From Candidatus Eiseniibacteriota bacterium (lineage in GTDB: Bacteria; Eisenbacteria; RBG-16-71-46), in NCBI GenBank assembly GCA_963744995.1, contig CAVUWA010000009.1, positions 448,001 to 512,000 on the forward strand: a stretch of 64,000 bases of DNA. Direction: 5' to 3'. Position numbers and translations under genes: made by a program. A model generated the notes under the pieces. The model worked only from the letters and a program-made list of their open reading frames with translations, did not search any database and was not told where the DNA came from. Below, piece by piece: positions 13,242 through 25,030 of this stretch. Position 1 is the first letter of the stretch, and every line of letters starts with the position of its first letter.

Positions 13242-15017
13242 TCAGCGGCTGGCCTGCCGCGCCGCCTGCGCGTGGCGGGCGTAGAGCGTCGTCGTGAGTT
13301 GTGGGACGCCGGCCACGCCGGTCCATACCGGCCAGCGCCCGAGCGGTACCGCATCCGCGCCGGGCGCCGCGTCCATTCCCGTCACCGGGCGGCGCCCCGC
13401 GCGGGTCAGGATCGCGAAGGGCGGGTCGATGCGCGGCACCGCCTCGACGTTGATGCGCACCCCGGCGTAGGGCCAGTCGCGCACGACCATGCAGCGCAGA
13501 TCGTTCTCGAGCGCGAACGTTTCGGCCGTCTCGCCGATCGCGATCCTGCGCCCGGGCGGAAGATGGGAGGCGATCGTGCCGATCGCCCGGCTCGCGTCAC
13601 GGATCGTGTAGCGCGCGTGCGCGAACTGCGTCGCGCCCGCGGCGATCCCGCCGGCGAGCGCCCAGAGGACGAGCAGGCGCGCGAAGCCGGGCGCGGGCCG
13701 CAGCGTCTCGCGCAGCGCGGTGGATCTGAGCAGCAGCGCCGCCAGCGCCGCCGCGGTGAGCCAGCCGAGCGCCAGCATCGCCCTGGGCGACATCCCGCTC
13801 TCGCGACCGATCGGCAGGCCCGCGGTCGCGCGGGTGAGGAACGTGAGCACCGCCGGGCGCAGGATGATGCCGATCACCAGCGTCGCCACCGCCCACGCCA
13901 GCCCCGCGCGCAGCGTCTCGTGCGTGACCGGTCTGTCGTCCGCCCGTGCGGCCGGCTCGAACGCCGCCATCGCCATCAGCAGCAGGACGGGCGGAACGAG
14001 CAGCACGTAGCGGCGGTCGGGGGAGAGCGCGGGATGGGTCGCGATCGCGGCGAGCAGAATCACGGCCCAGGCCCAGCACGAGCGCACGAGGAAGCGATCG
14101 CCACCCGAGCGGCGGCCGAGCAGCGCCGCGGTGCCGAGCCATCCGGCGGCGATCACGATCGCGGGCTCGCCGGCGAAGAACCCGCCGGGCGAGCGCAGGC
14201 CGCCCGGATCTTCGCGGAAGCCGAACCAGAGGAAGCGGGTGAGGAGCGGGAGGTCGTGCCCGGTGGAGGTCGCGAGCCGTGCCATTTCCCTCCACGCCGC
14301 ACGGATCGCATCGGCATGGGGCAGCACGAAGCAGACGCCCAGCGCGAGCGCGGCGATGATCAGCGTGCCCGTGAACAGCGTCAGGCCACGCAACCAGCCC
14401 GGCAGGTCGCCGCGTTCGCGCGCCTCCGCGCCGAACATGACCCACTGCACGATGACCACGAGCAGCACCGGCGCGGAAGACAGTTTGGCGAGGAGCGCGG
14501 CGACCAGTCCGAGCGCCGCGAACACCGCCCAGCCGGGCCGTGTGCGCGCGCGCCATACCCCGAGCACGGCCAGCGTCACGCCGGCGAGCTGCAGGGATTC
14601 CGTATAGGCGACGCGGGCGTGGGCGACGAGGAAGCCGCACGCGGCGGCGAGCAGCCCCGCGGTGAGCGCCGTTTCGGGCGCGACGCGGCGCGAGGGGAGT
14701 GCGACGAGCATCAGCGCCACGAACACCCCGGCGAGCGCCCCGGGCAGGCGTGTCGAGGCCAGCCCCCGGCCGAGCGCCGCGTAGGCGCGCTCGACGAGCC
14801 ACGTGTGCAGGGGTGCGGTGTAGAGCGGGGCGTCGAACGCGTCCCAGGTCCACACGCCGGTGAGCGACTTCAGGCGTGCGTTGTGCGCATAGGCGCCCTC
14901 GTCGGCGATGAACGAGAAGTGGAAATCGGGAGGCGGATCCGCGTCCAGCGCGGGAAGCCTCAGGACCGCGGCGAGTGCGAGCACCGCAAGCGCCCCGAGC
15001 CAGCGCCGCCCGTTCAT
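13242..15017 (-). CDS. GT-C fold membrane glycosyltransferase (ArnT/PMT-like)
   Basis: First TM helix followed by a DEGAY loop motif, then about 13 hydrophobic segments. The start overlaps the NRPS-like gene stop. Confidence 0.75.
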   Translation of the reverse strand: MNGRRWLGALAVLALAAVLRLPALDADPPPDFHFSFIADEGAYAHNARLKSLTGVWTWDAFDAPLYTAPLHTWLVERAYAALGRGLASTRLPGALAGVFVALMLVALPSRRVAPETALTAGLLAAACGFLVAHARVAYTESLQLAGVTLAVLGVWRARTRPGWAVFAALGLVAALLAKLSSAPVLLVVIVQWVMFGAEARERGDLPGWLRGLTLFTGTLIIAALALGVCFVLPHADAIRAAWREMARLATSTGHDLPLLTRFLWFGFREDPGGLRSPGGFFAGEPAIVIAAGWLGTAALLGRRSGGDRFLVRSCWAWAVILLAAIATHPALSPDRRYVLLVPPVLLLMAMAAFEPAARADDRPVTHETLRAGLAWAVATLVIGIILRPAVLTFLTRATAGLPIGRESGMSPRAMLALGWLTAAALAALLLRSTALRETLRPAPGFARLLVLWALAGGIAAGATQFAHARYTIRDASRAIGTIASHLPPGRRIAIGETAETFALENDLRCMVVRDWPYAGVRINVEAVPRIDPPFAILTRAGRRPVTGMDAAPGADAVPLGRWPVWTGVAGVPQLTTTLYARHAQAARQASR

Positions 15018-17677
15018 CCTGCGACTCCGCCTGCGACTCCGCGCGCACCGGGTTCGCTCTCGAGCCACGGCCCGAGGCGGGCGGCGAGGGCACCCACCTC
15101 GGGTTCGCTGAGCATGGCGTAGCCGTCGTGGGGAACCGTGAAGATCTCGGGCGCGGGTTGCGAAAGGCCGCGCCAGGCGGAGGCCGGGTCGTCCGTATAG
15201 AGCGGCAGCGTTTCTTCGGCGAGCGCGAGCAGCACGCGTCCGGTGAACGGCCGCGCGACGTGCGAGCGGAACGCGTAGAGGAGGCGCGCGCGTGCGGCGT
15301 CCGCATCCGCCATGCGGCCGGGCGTTCCGGAACGGAGGCTGCCCGCGTCGCGCCACGCGGCGGCGCGATCCCGTGCGACACGCGCGAGGCGGCGACCGAG
15401 CCAGCGCCAGCGATCCCGTTTGCGCGCGAGGTAGGTGAGACGGGCGAGACCGTCGGTGCGGAAGCGGCGCAGCGCGCGTGCGCTCACCAGCGACGGCAGA
15501 TCGAACGGGGTCACGTTGAGGAGCGCCAGGCGCTCGACCGTCTCGCCCGCCGCCGCGAGCTGTCGGGCCATCTCCAGCGCGACCACCGCGCCGTAGCAGA
15601 AGCCGGCGAGGCGCCACGGTCCCGCCGGTTGAACCACGCGCGCGTCGGCGAGGTAGCGTGCCGCGAGCGCCGCGAGCGAAGCGGGCACGTCCGCCACCGG
15701 TCCGTCGAGGGGAAAACGCAGCGCATGCACCGGCCGACCCGCGAGGCGGAGTGCGAGCGGGCCGAAGAGGAACGCGTCGCTCTCGAGATCGTGGACACAG
15801 GTGAGCGGTGTGCCCGCGCCCCGCGTGAGCCGGATCAGGGTGGCGCTGCGCCGCGCGCCCGGCGCATCCAGGCGCGCCGCCAGCGCAGCGATGGTGCGGC
15901 ACTCGGCGAGATCGGACATGGTCAGGGTCACCCCGATCCGCCGCTCGATTTCGGTGAGTACCCGGGCGGCGTCGAGCGAGGTGCCGCCGAGCGTCTCGAA
16001 GCGGTCGTGCACGCCAATGCGGGGCACCGCGAGCAGATCGGCCCAGATGGCCGCGAGCAACACTTCAGCGGCGCTGCCCGGCGCCGTGATCGCCACGCCG
16101 CGGGGGAGCGGCCGGGCCGGGAGGGTCGCGAGCGCGGCGCGGTCGAGCTTGCCCTCGGCCGTGAGCGGCAGGGCGTCGATCAGCGCGAGATCCGCGGGCA
16201 GCACCGAGTCGGGCAGCGACCGGCCGAGATGCACATGAACGTCGTCCCACGTGAGCCGGGCCCCCGGCCCGGAAACCAGTCGTGCGCCGAGCACGATTTC
16301 GCCTGCGGTGTCGCGCATCGCCGTGATCGCCGCAGCCGCCACGCCGGGGATCGCCGCACACGCGCGTTCGAGCGCCGTCACGTCCACCCACTCTCCCGCC
16401 ATCCGAATGCGGTGATCGCGGCGGCCGAGATGGACGAGCCGGCCTTCGGCATCCAGGCGCCCGACGTCGCCGCTGCGCCAGGCGCGCAGGCCGTCCGGGC
16501 CCTCGAGGCTGAAGACCGCCGCCGTCCCCTCCGGATCGCGCCAGTAGCCCGGCGCGAGATAACGGCTGCGCACGACGATCTCACCCGCCGTTTGCGCCGG
16601 CACTCGCGAGCCGTCTGCGCCGATGATCGCGATCTCGAAGTCGGGCGTGGCGAAGCCGACCGGCAGTGCGTCTGCCGGCAGGGGCGTGTCACGGCCGATC
16701 AGGAATTGCGCGCAGAGTCCGGTCTCGGTCGTGCCGAGCCCGTGCGCGAGCACCGCGTCATCGCCGAAGTGGCGGCGGAAGAGCGTCACGTCGCGCGGCA
16801 GTGCGGCGTCGCCTTCGAGCCGCACGATGCGGACCGATGGATACGTGCGCCCTTCCATGCAGAGGCTGCGGAAGATCGACGGCACCGCATGGAAGATCGT
16901 CGGTCGCGCGCGCGCCATCCAGCGCGCGAGCGGCGGGCCCGCCCCCTCGCGTGCCAGATCGTAGGGCAGCAGCGTCGCGCCGTTCAGGAGTGCGCCGAAG
17001 ATGCTCGAGACGACGCCGCTGAAAGTGCTGGCCTGCACGACCGTCATGCGATCCGCGGCCGTGAAGCCGAGTGCGTTCGAATAGCGCATCACGTTGTGGA
17101 GCACGTTGCGGTGGGTGTCCATCACGCCCCTGGGCGGACCGGTGGTGCCGGAGGTGAAATACACGTACGCGAGCGCGTCCGGGTCGACGTGCGGCCGTAC
17201 ACGCTCCGTGGGGGCCGCACCGAGACCGGCGTCGAGCACGATGACGGGCGCGGTGCCGGCGACCTCGCGGGCGGCGTCCACGAACGCCGGACCGGCCAGC
17301 ACCGCGAGCGCTTCGGTTCGCGCGACGCGTTCGCGCGACGCGGCGCGCGGCATCGCGGGGGAGAGCGGGACGTAGGCGTGGCCTGCTTCGAGGACACCGA
17401 GCATCGCCGCGATGAGATCCGGGCCTTGCGGCAGCAGCAGCGCCACGCATCCTGCGCCCGCGGTCCCCGCCCGGGTGAGCGCCGCGGCGACCGCACCGGC
17501 GCGACCGTCCAGCGCCGCGTAGCCCACGGCCACCCCCTGCCACTCGATCGCCGTTCGACCGGCGCTGGAGCGGGCGACGCCTGCGAAACGCTCCGGAATC
17601 GAAGCGTCGAGCGCGGCACGCGGGAACGGATTCCGCCCCGGCGCCGGGAGGGCGCCGGCGAGCCGCGTGCGATTCAC
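15014..17677 (-). CDS. NRPS-like protein: adenylation, carrier and thioesterase domains (A-T-TE)
   Basis: YFTSGTTGPPRG, GTTET, SGD, GRRD, PLTAEGKLDR, carrier LGGTSL and TE AGFCYG. The GTG start overlaps the Rieske gene stop. Confidence 0.85.
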   Translation of the reverse strand: MNRTRLAGALPAPGRNPFPRAALDASIPERFAGVARSSAGRTAIEWQGVAVGYAALDGRAGAVAAALTRAGTAGAGCVALLLPQGPDLIAAMLGVLEAGHAYVPLSPAMPRAASRERVARTEALAVLAGPAFVDAAREVAGTAPVIVLDAGLGAAPTERVRPHVDPDALAYVYFTSGTTGPPRGVMDTHRNVLHNVMRYSNALGFTAADRMTVVQASTFSGVVSSIFGALLNGATLLPYDLAREGAGPPLARWMARARPTIFHAVPSIFRSLCMEGRTYPSVRIVRLEGDAALPRDVTLFRRHFGDDAVLAHGLGTTETGLCAQFLIGRDTPLPADALPVGFATPDFEIAIIGADGSRVPAQTAGEIVVRSRYLAPGYWRDPEGTAAVFSLEGPDGLRAWRSGDVGRLDAEGRLVHLGRRDHRIRMAGEWVDVTALERACAAIPGVAAAAITAMRDTAGEIVLGARLVSGPGARLTWDDVHVHLGRSLPDSVLPADLALIDALPLTAEGKLDRAALATLPARPLPRGVAITAPGSAAEVLLAAIWADLLAVPRIGVHDRFETLGGTSLDAARVLTEIERRIGVTLTMSDLAECRTIAALAARLDAPGARRSATLIRLTRGAGTPLTCVHDLESDAFLFGPLALRLAGRPVHALRFPLDGPVADVPASLAALAARYLADARVVQPAGPWRLAGFCYGAVVALEMARQLAAAGETVERLALLNVTPFDLPSLVSARALRRFRTDGLARLTYLARKRDRWRWLGRRLARVARDRAAAWRDAGSLRSGTPGRMADADAARARLLYAFRSHVARPFTGRVLLALAEETLPLYTDDPASAWRGLSQPAPEIFTVPHDGYAMLSEPEVGALAARLGPWLESEPGARGVAGGVAG

Positions 17678-18786
17678 GGCTGGCCGAGCGCGCCCGCCAG
17701 CAGGCCGTGGAAGTGATGCACCCCCTGCTCGCGTGCCGGAGAATAGCGGCCGCGGTCGTACGCCCGCGACGCCGTGCCGCGCTGGACCGCCTCGACGATC
17801 GCCTCGTCTTCTCGCTCCACGCGATCGAGCGCCGCGCCCGCGCCCTGGCCGAGCCTGGCCCGATCCCACACGTACGCGAGGAAGCGGACCCGCGTGCGGT
17901 CGACCGCCAGCGGCTCGACGACGTTGATCGAAAGTCCCCACGGATAGAAGTTGAGCATCGTCGACGGCCAGAGCCACCACCACCACGCGGCCACGCGCAG
18001 TCCCTCGTCCGGATGCCCGGGCGGAAGATCGAACGCTTCTTCACCGCCCGCGGCGACGCCGATCTGCACGTTCGCCCACGCGAAGCGTTCGGTGCGATAG
18101 GCCCCGTAGTCCACCGCGTCGGCGAGTTCCGCGTGCACGTACGGAATGTGGAAGCCCTCCAGGTAGTTGTCGCAGTAGAGCGCCCAGTTGGCGTGCACGA
18201 GGTAATCGCGCGAGCGCGAGGCATCGAACGCCGCGTGCTCGAGCGGCAGATGGCCGCAGCGCGCCTCCAGCGGCTGAATCCAGTCGGCGAAGGAGTGCGC
18301 GGGGTCGAGCGCGACGAACAGGAGCTCCTTCCAGCGCTCGAGCGGGACGCGCGGCAGATCGTCGGCGGGCGCGGGGAACCCCTGGACCTCCTCGAACTCC
18401 GGCATCGACAGACAGCGGCCGTCGAGCCCGAAGCGGCGGCCGTGGTAGCGGCAGCGCAGGACGTTCTGCACGCCGCCGCCCTCGCACACCAGCATGCCGC
18501 GGTGGGTGCACACGTTCGAGAGGCAGTGCAGCCGGTCGTCGCGATCGCGCGCGAGCAGCAGGGGCTCGTCCGTGAGCCCGGGCAGCAGGGTGAACGGATG
18601 CAGCATGCCCGGGACACGGACCGCCTCGGTGCCGGCGACCCAGTGCCAGGTCCGCGGAAACAGGCCCGCGCGCTGGCGCTCGAAGACCTGTGGATCGGTG
18701 TAGACCCAGCCCGGCAGCGTGTGTGCCCGGCGGATGTCGGGATCGATGCGGAGCGCAGCCAGCCGCGCGTCGAGCCCGGCGCTCAT
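17674..18786 (-). CDS. Rieske non-heme iron oxygenase alpha subunit (choline monooxygenase/CntA-like)
   Basis: Rieske ligands CTH...CRYH and mononuclear iron site DNYLEGFHIPYVH...ERED. Confidence 0.9.
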   Translation of the reverse strand: MSAGLDARLAALRIDPDIRRAHTLPGWVYTDPQVFERQRAGLFPRTWHWVAGTEAVRVPGMLHPFTLLPGLTDEPLLLARDRDDRLHCLSNVCTHRGMLVCEGGGVQNVLRCRYHGRRFGLDGRCLSMPEFEEVQGFPAPADDLPRVPLERWKELLFVALDPAHSFADWIQPLEARCGHLPLEHAAFDASRSRDYLVHANWALYCDNYLEGFHIPYVHAELADAVDYGAYRTERFAWANVQIGVAAGGEEAFDLPPGHPDEGLRVAAWWWWLWPSTMLNFYPWGLSINVVEPLAVDRTRVRFLAYVWDRARLGQGAGAALDRVEREDEAIVEAVQRGTASRAYDRGRYSPAREQGVHHFHGLLAGALGQP

Positions 18787-19733
18787 CGCCGCGCACCCCC
18801 CGCCCGCAGCGGCGGGAGCCGGCTCTCGATCCCGGCGCGCTGCGCCTCGAGCCACGGCGGCAGGACCAGCGCTTCGCCGAGCGTCAGGGGATCCTCGTCG
18901 ACCGCGAACCCCGGGCCGTCGGTGGCGAGCTCGAACAGCACCCCGCCCGGTTCCAGGAAGTACACGGAACGGAACCAGAACCGGTCGATCACGTCCGTGG
19001 GCCGGCGTCCGGCGGCGGCGAGCGTCTCGCGCAGGGCGCGCTCGGCCACCTCGTCGCCGATCCGCCAGGCGACGTGGTGAATGCCGCCGGTTCCCCATGC
19101 GCCGCGCCGCTCCCCGGCGGCTTCGCCCACGTCGAGGTGGCGTCCCGAGCCACCGCCCGCCACGGCGAATCGCATCCAGCCGTCCTCTTCGCCCGCGGCC
19201 TCGAAGCCCAGCGTGCCGGTGAGAAACGCCGTCGTCGCCGTCCGGTCGCGTTCCCGGATGCGCACGCCGTGCAGCCCGCGGATCTGCTGCGCGGCGGGAA
19301 CGGGGGAGCGGCGCCACGGCTGGAACGGGCGCTCGGCATCGGTCTCCGTGAGCACGACGCGCATTCCGTGCGGATCGTCGAACGGCAGCACGCGCTCGCC
19401 GAAGCGTGTCGCCAGGGGGCGGGCCGCGACGCCCTGACGCGCGAGGCGCTCGGCCCACCACCCGAGCGTGCCTTCACGCACGGCGAGCGCGACCTCCATC
19501 GCGAGTCCGTGACCGGGACGCACGGGCGCCATGCCGGGCCACGGGAAGAACGTCAGGTCGGTGCCCGGCGTGCCCTCGTCGTCCGCATAGAACAGATGAT
19601 AGGTGTCGGGTGCGTCCTGGTTGACACTTCTCTTCACCAGCCGCATGCCGAGCACGCCGGTATAGAAGTCCAGATTTTCCTGCGCGTCGCCGGCGATGGC
19701 GGTGACGTGGTGGAGTCCCAGAATGCCCGGCAT
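18783..19733 (-). CDS. Ring-cleaving dioxygenase, VOC/glyoxalase family (MhqO-like)
   Basis: GLHHVTAI, VNQDAPDTYHLFY, IHHVAWR and DRFWFRSVYFLEPGGVLFELATDGPGF. Confidence 0.9.
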   Translation of the reverse strand: MPGILGLHHVTAIAGDAQENLDFYTGVLGMRLVKRSVNQDAPDTYHLFYADDEGTPGTDLTFFPWPGMAPVRPGHGLAMEVALAVREGTLGWWAERLARQGVAARPLATRFGERVLPFDDPHGMRVVLTETDAERPFQPWRRSPVPAAQQIRGLHGVRIRERDRTATTAFLTGTLGFEAAGEEDGWMRFAVAGGGSGRHLDVGEAAGERRGAWGTGGIHHVAWRIGDEVAERALRETLAAAGRRPTDVIDRFWFRSVYFLEPGGVLFELATDGPGFAVDEDPLTLGEALVLPPWLEAQRAGIESRLPPLRAGGARR

Positions 19734-19772
19734 CCGACGCCTCCGTGACCTTGCGCCCGGGGGGTGCGCCCC

Positions 19773-21596
<1,824 letters not shown>

Positions 21597-21891
21597 GAAG
21601 GTCCTCGGGTCGAGCGCCGGCGCCCGCACGGCGCGGCATGCGCCGCCGCAGGTGGCACCGAAACTCAAGAAGTAAATCCAATCGGGCCGCGAAGTCCAGC
21701 GCAGCGAGGGTGTTGCCGCCCCGGCCGGGTGCAGGCGCGGAACGGGCGGTCACCCGGGAAGGGCGTGCGGCTTGCCCGCTGGCCCGCTTGGAAACCGGGG
21801 GCAGACCGGTTTACGCTGGTCGCGCGTCACTCGAGGCGAGCCCGCTCGCCGGATCTTCACGGATGAAGACACTGATGACGGAGGGGCACCC

Positions 21892-22530
21892 ATGCGTGTT
21901 CGAAGCGGTCTTCTTCTGCTGGCCCTGATCGCGGCCGGCATCACCCCGGCGCAGGCCGCGCCCATATTCGGCTTCAACGAGTCCTTTTCCGCGCCGGGTA
22001 CGGCGGGATGGGGGGGCGGTGTTCCGACCATCAGCAATCCGGGCAGCGGAGGTGTCGGAGGGGCGGGGGACGGGTACCTGCTCATCGGCAGCCTGGGTGG
22101 AAGTCTGGCGACCCGCTGCAAGTCGTGCCCCGGATTCACCGGCGACTGGACCGCGGCCGGCATCACCCACATCGGGCTGTCCCTGAACGACGTGGGCACC
22201 GACGATCCGCTCGAGGTCCACTTCGCGATCGGCAGCGAAACCAACTTCTGGCTGTACGTCCCCGGTTTCGACCCGCCGCACGACGCCTGGGCGCGCTTTG
22301 TCGTCGACCTGACCAATCCGGCCGACTTCGTCCAGCTCATCGGGCCCGGCACCTTCGCCGACGCGCTCCTCAACGTGACGGTGGTGCACGTTCGCCACGA
22401 CACGGCCCCGTTCGTCAAGAACGCCGACTTCATCACCGCCGACCTGGGCATCGACGACATCACGATCGGCGATCTCATGACCCCGGTCGAGCGGGGCTCC
22501 TGGGGCAGGCTCAAGGTCATCTATCGCTGA
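21892..22530 (+). CDS. Secreted protein with a C-terminal SWGxLKxxYR motif
   Basis: Signal peptide ending AQA, beta-rich body and the terminal sequence TPVERGSWGRLKVIYR. Confidence 0.75.
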   Translation: MRVRSGLLLLALIAAGITPAQAAPIFGFNESFSAPGTAGWGGGVPTISNPGSGGVGGAGDGYLLIGSLGGSLATRCKSCPGFTGDWTAAGITHIGLSLNDVGTDDPLEVHFAIGSETNFWLYVPGFDPPHDAWARFVVDLTNPADFVQLIGPGTFADALLNVTVVHVRHDTAPFVKNADFITADLGIDDITIGDLMTPVERGSWGRLKVIYR

Positions 22531-22666
22531 TATGGCGTGACCGGCGCCCGGTCGCTCCGTGGAGTCCGACCCGCGGCGCGGCGGCGGCCGGGGCATGCGC
22601 TGCCCCGGCCGCCGCGCCCGCTTCGCCCGCCCGCTCCCCACGGCGCCGGTGCTAGACTCGCGGGCC

Positions 22667-23245
22667 ATGAAGGCCGCGAACCCCGAAGGCACGCCGCCCG
22701 ACGTCACGCAGCTGCTCGTCCGGCTGAAGAGCGGCGATGCGCGCGCGCTCGACCGGCTCATGCCGCTCGTCCACGACGAGCTGCGGCGCCTCGCCCGCGC
22801 CCGCATGCGCAACGAGCGGGGCAGCCACACCCTGCAGGCGACGGCGCTCGCCCACGAGGCGTACCTGCGCCTCGTGGACCTGGACCGCATCGACTGGCGC
22901 GGACGCGCGCACTTCTTCGCCGTCGCGTCGGGCGTGATGCGGCGCATCCTGATCGACCACGCACGCCGGCGCCGCGCGGCGCGGCGCGGCGGAGGCGCCG
23001 AACACGTGGCGTTCGACGACGCCCTGCAGGCGGCGGACACACGGCCCGAGGCCCTCGTCGCGCTCGACGAGGCGCTCGAGCGGCTCGCCGCGCTCGACGG
23101 GCGCCAGGCGCGCATCGTCGAGCTGCGCTTCTTCGGCGGGCTGAGCGTCGAGGAGACCGGCGAAGTGCTCGGCGTCTCGGCGCGCACCGTGAAGCGGGAG
23201 TGGGCCGTCGCGCGCGCGTGGCTGCGCGCCGAGCTCGGCCGCTGA
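22667..23245 (+). CDS. ECF sigma factor, kinase-associated type (ECF43-like)
   Basis: DVTQLL, HTLQATALAHEAYLRL, RAHFFAVAS, ELRFFGGLS and TVKREW..ARAWL. Confidence 0.9.
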   Translation: MKAANPEGTPPDVTQLLVRLKSGDARALDRLMPLVHDELRRLARARMRNERGSHTLQATALAHEAYLRLVDLDRIDWRGRAHFFAVASGVMRRILIDHARRRRAARRGGGAEHVAFDDALQAADTRPEALVALDEALERLAALDGRQARIVELRFFGGLSVEETGEVLGVSARTVKREWAVARAWLRAELGR

Positions 23246-23248
23246 ACC

Positions 23249-25030
23249 GTGGATCCGGTCCGCTGGGAGCGCGTGAAGCGCATCGCAGCCGATGCGCTCG
23301 AGCGCGATGCGGAGCGGCGGGGAGCATTCGTGCACACCGCCGCCGGCGGTGACGCCGCCCTCGAAGCGGAGGTGCTGCGCATTCTCGCCGCGGACGCCGG
23401 GGCCGACAGCCTGCTCGACGAGGGTCCGCCGGCCTCCGCGCTCGCCGCGCTCGCGTTCACCCCGGGTTCGACGGCGGCGCGCGCCCACGGCCCGGCGACG
23501 GACGGGGAGACGCCATGGCCGCAGGAGCTGATCGAACGCGGCGCGCGGCGGCTCGGTACCCTGGCGCTGATCTACGCGGCGGGGTTCCTGCTCGCCTACA
23601 CGATCTACGAGCTCAACGTGCACGTCGCGGGGGGCGCCGCGTACGTCCAGCGCCCGCACACGCCGGGCCAGCTGCTCGCGGCCACGTTCATCCTGTTCGC
23701 CTCGGCGGTGGCGTGGATCGCGCTGCGCCGCACCTGGCCGCCGCAGCGGGTCGTGCGTCTCGCGTACGCGTTCGAGGTCGCGGGCAGCTTCGGCATCGCG
23801 CTGGTGTCGTACTCGGGGGTCTGGCAGCTCGAGAACCCGGTGTGGGGCGTGTCGTGGGTGAGCGTCTGGATCATTCTCTTCCCGATGGTGATCCCGGGGC
23901 CGCCCCGGCAAGCGGCGCTGGCCGCTTTCGGGGCGGCGGCGATGGGGCCTGCCGCCCTGCTCATCTGGGGCGCGACGCGGGACTTCGTCTTTCCGGAGAC
24001 CAGCATCGTGCTCGCCACGACGCTGCCCAACTTCATGTGCGCGGCCCTCGCCTGGCTCGGCTCACGCTACCTCTACCGGATCGGCCTCGAGCTGCGCGCC
24101 GCGCGACAGCTCGGACGGTACCGGCTGGTCGAGCGGATCGGCGCCGGCGGCATGGGAGAGGTGTGGCGCGCGGAACACGACATGCTGGCACGTCCGGCGG
24201 CCCTGAAGCTCGTGCGCCCCGAGCTCATGCGCCGCAGCGGCATCTCGAGCGAGGCGCTGGCGCGTTTCGAACGCGAAGCGCAGAGCACGGCGGCGTTGTC
24301 GTCACCGCACACCGTCACGCTCTACGACTTCGGCGTCACCGACGACGATCTCTTCTATTATGCGATGGAGCTCCTCGACGGACTCGACCTCGACACCCTC
24401 ATCCGCCGCCACGGGAAGGTGCCGCCCGCCCGTGCGATCCACTTCATGACGCAGGCGTGCGCGTCGCTGGCCGAGGCTCACGCGCGCGGGCTCGTCCACC
24501 GGGACATCAAGCCGTCCAATCTGTTCGCCTGCCGGCAGGGTCTCCAGTACGACTTTCTCAAGGTGCTCGACTTCGGCATCGTGAAGCCGCGCACCGAGCG
24601 GACCAGCGCCGCGGGAGAGGTGGAGGCCGGCGCCCAGCTCGAGGGCACCCCGGGCTGGATCGCACCCGAGGCCGCGGCGCTGGGCGTCGCCGATGCACGC
24701 ACCGATCTCTACGCGCTCGGCTGCGTCGGCTACTGGCTGGTGAGCGGACGCCCGGTATTCGGTGGCGGCCACGGCGACGAGCTGCAGCGTCGTCACCGTG
24801 ACGAGTCGCCGACGCCGCCCTCGCTGCTGGCGCCGGACCTGCCCCCGGCGCTGGATCGGGCCATTCTCGCGTGCCTCGAAAAGGACCCGGCCCGCCGCCC
24901 GGCAGCGGCCGCCGAACTGGCCATGCGGCTCGCCGCCGTCCCGATCGAGCCGTGGACCGCAGAGCTCGCCCGGGCCTGGTGGGAGACGATCGAGGCCCGG
25001 CACCCACCTGCCGCAATGGTCGAAGGCTGA
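23249..25030 (+). CDS. Ser/Thr protein kinase with an N-terminal multipass membrane region
   Basis: GAGGMGEV, ALK, HRDIKPSN, DFG, APE and DLYALG, with about 6 TM segments before the kinase domain. Confidence 0.92.
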   Translation: MDPVRWERVKRIAADALERDAERRGAFVHTAAGGDAALEAEVLRILAADAGADSLLDEGPPASALAALAFTPGSTAARAHGPATDGETPWPQELIERGARRLGTLALIYAAGFLLAYTIYELNVHVAGGAAYVQRPHTPGQLLAATFILFASAVAWIALRRTWPPQRVVRLAYAFEVAGSFGIALVSYSGVWQLENPVWGVSWVSVWIILFPMVIPGPPRQAALAAFGAAAMGPAALLIWGATRDFVFPETSIVLATTLPNFMCAALAWLGSRYLYRIGLELRAARQLGRYRLVERIGAGGMGEVWRAEHDMLARPAALKLVRPELMRRSGISSEALARFEREAQSTAALSSPHTVTLYDFGVTDDDLFYYAMELLDGLDLDTLIRRHGKVPPARAIHFMTQACASLAEAHARGLVHRDIKPSNLFACRQGLQYDFLKVLDFGIVKPRTERTSAAGEVEAGAQLEGTPGWIAPEAAALGVADARTDLYALGCVGYWLVSGRPVFGGGHGDELQRRHRDESPTPPSLLAPDLPPALDRAILACLEKDPARRPAAAAELAMRLAAVPIEPWTAELARAWWETIEARHPPAAMVEG

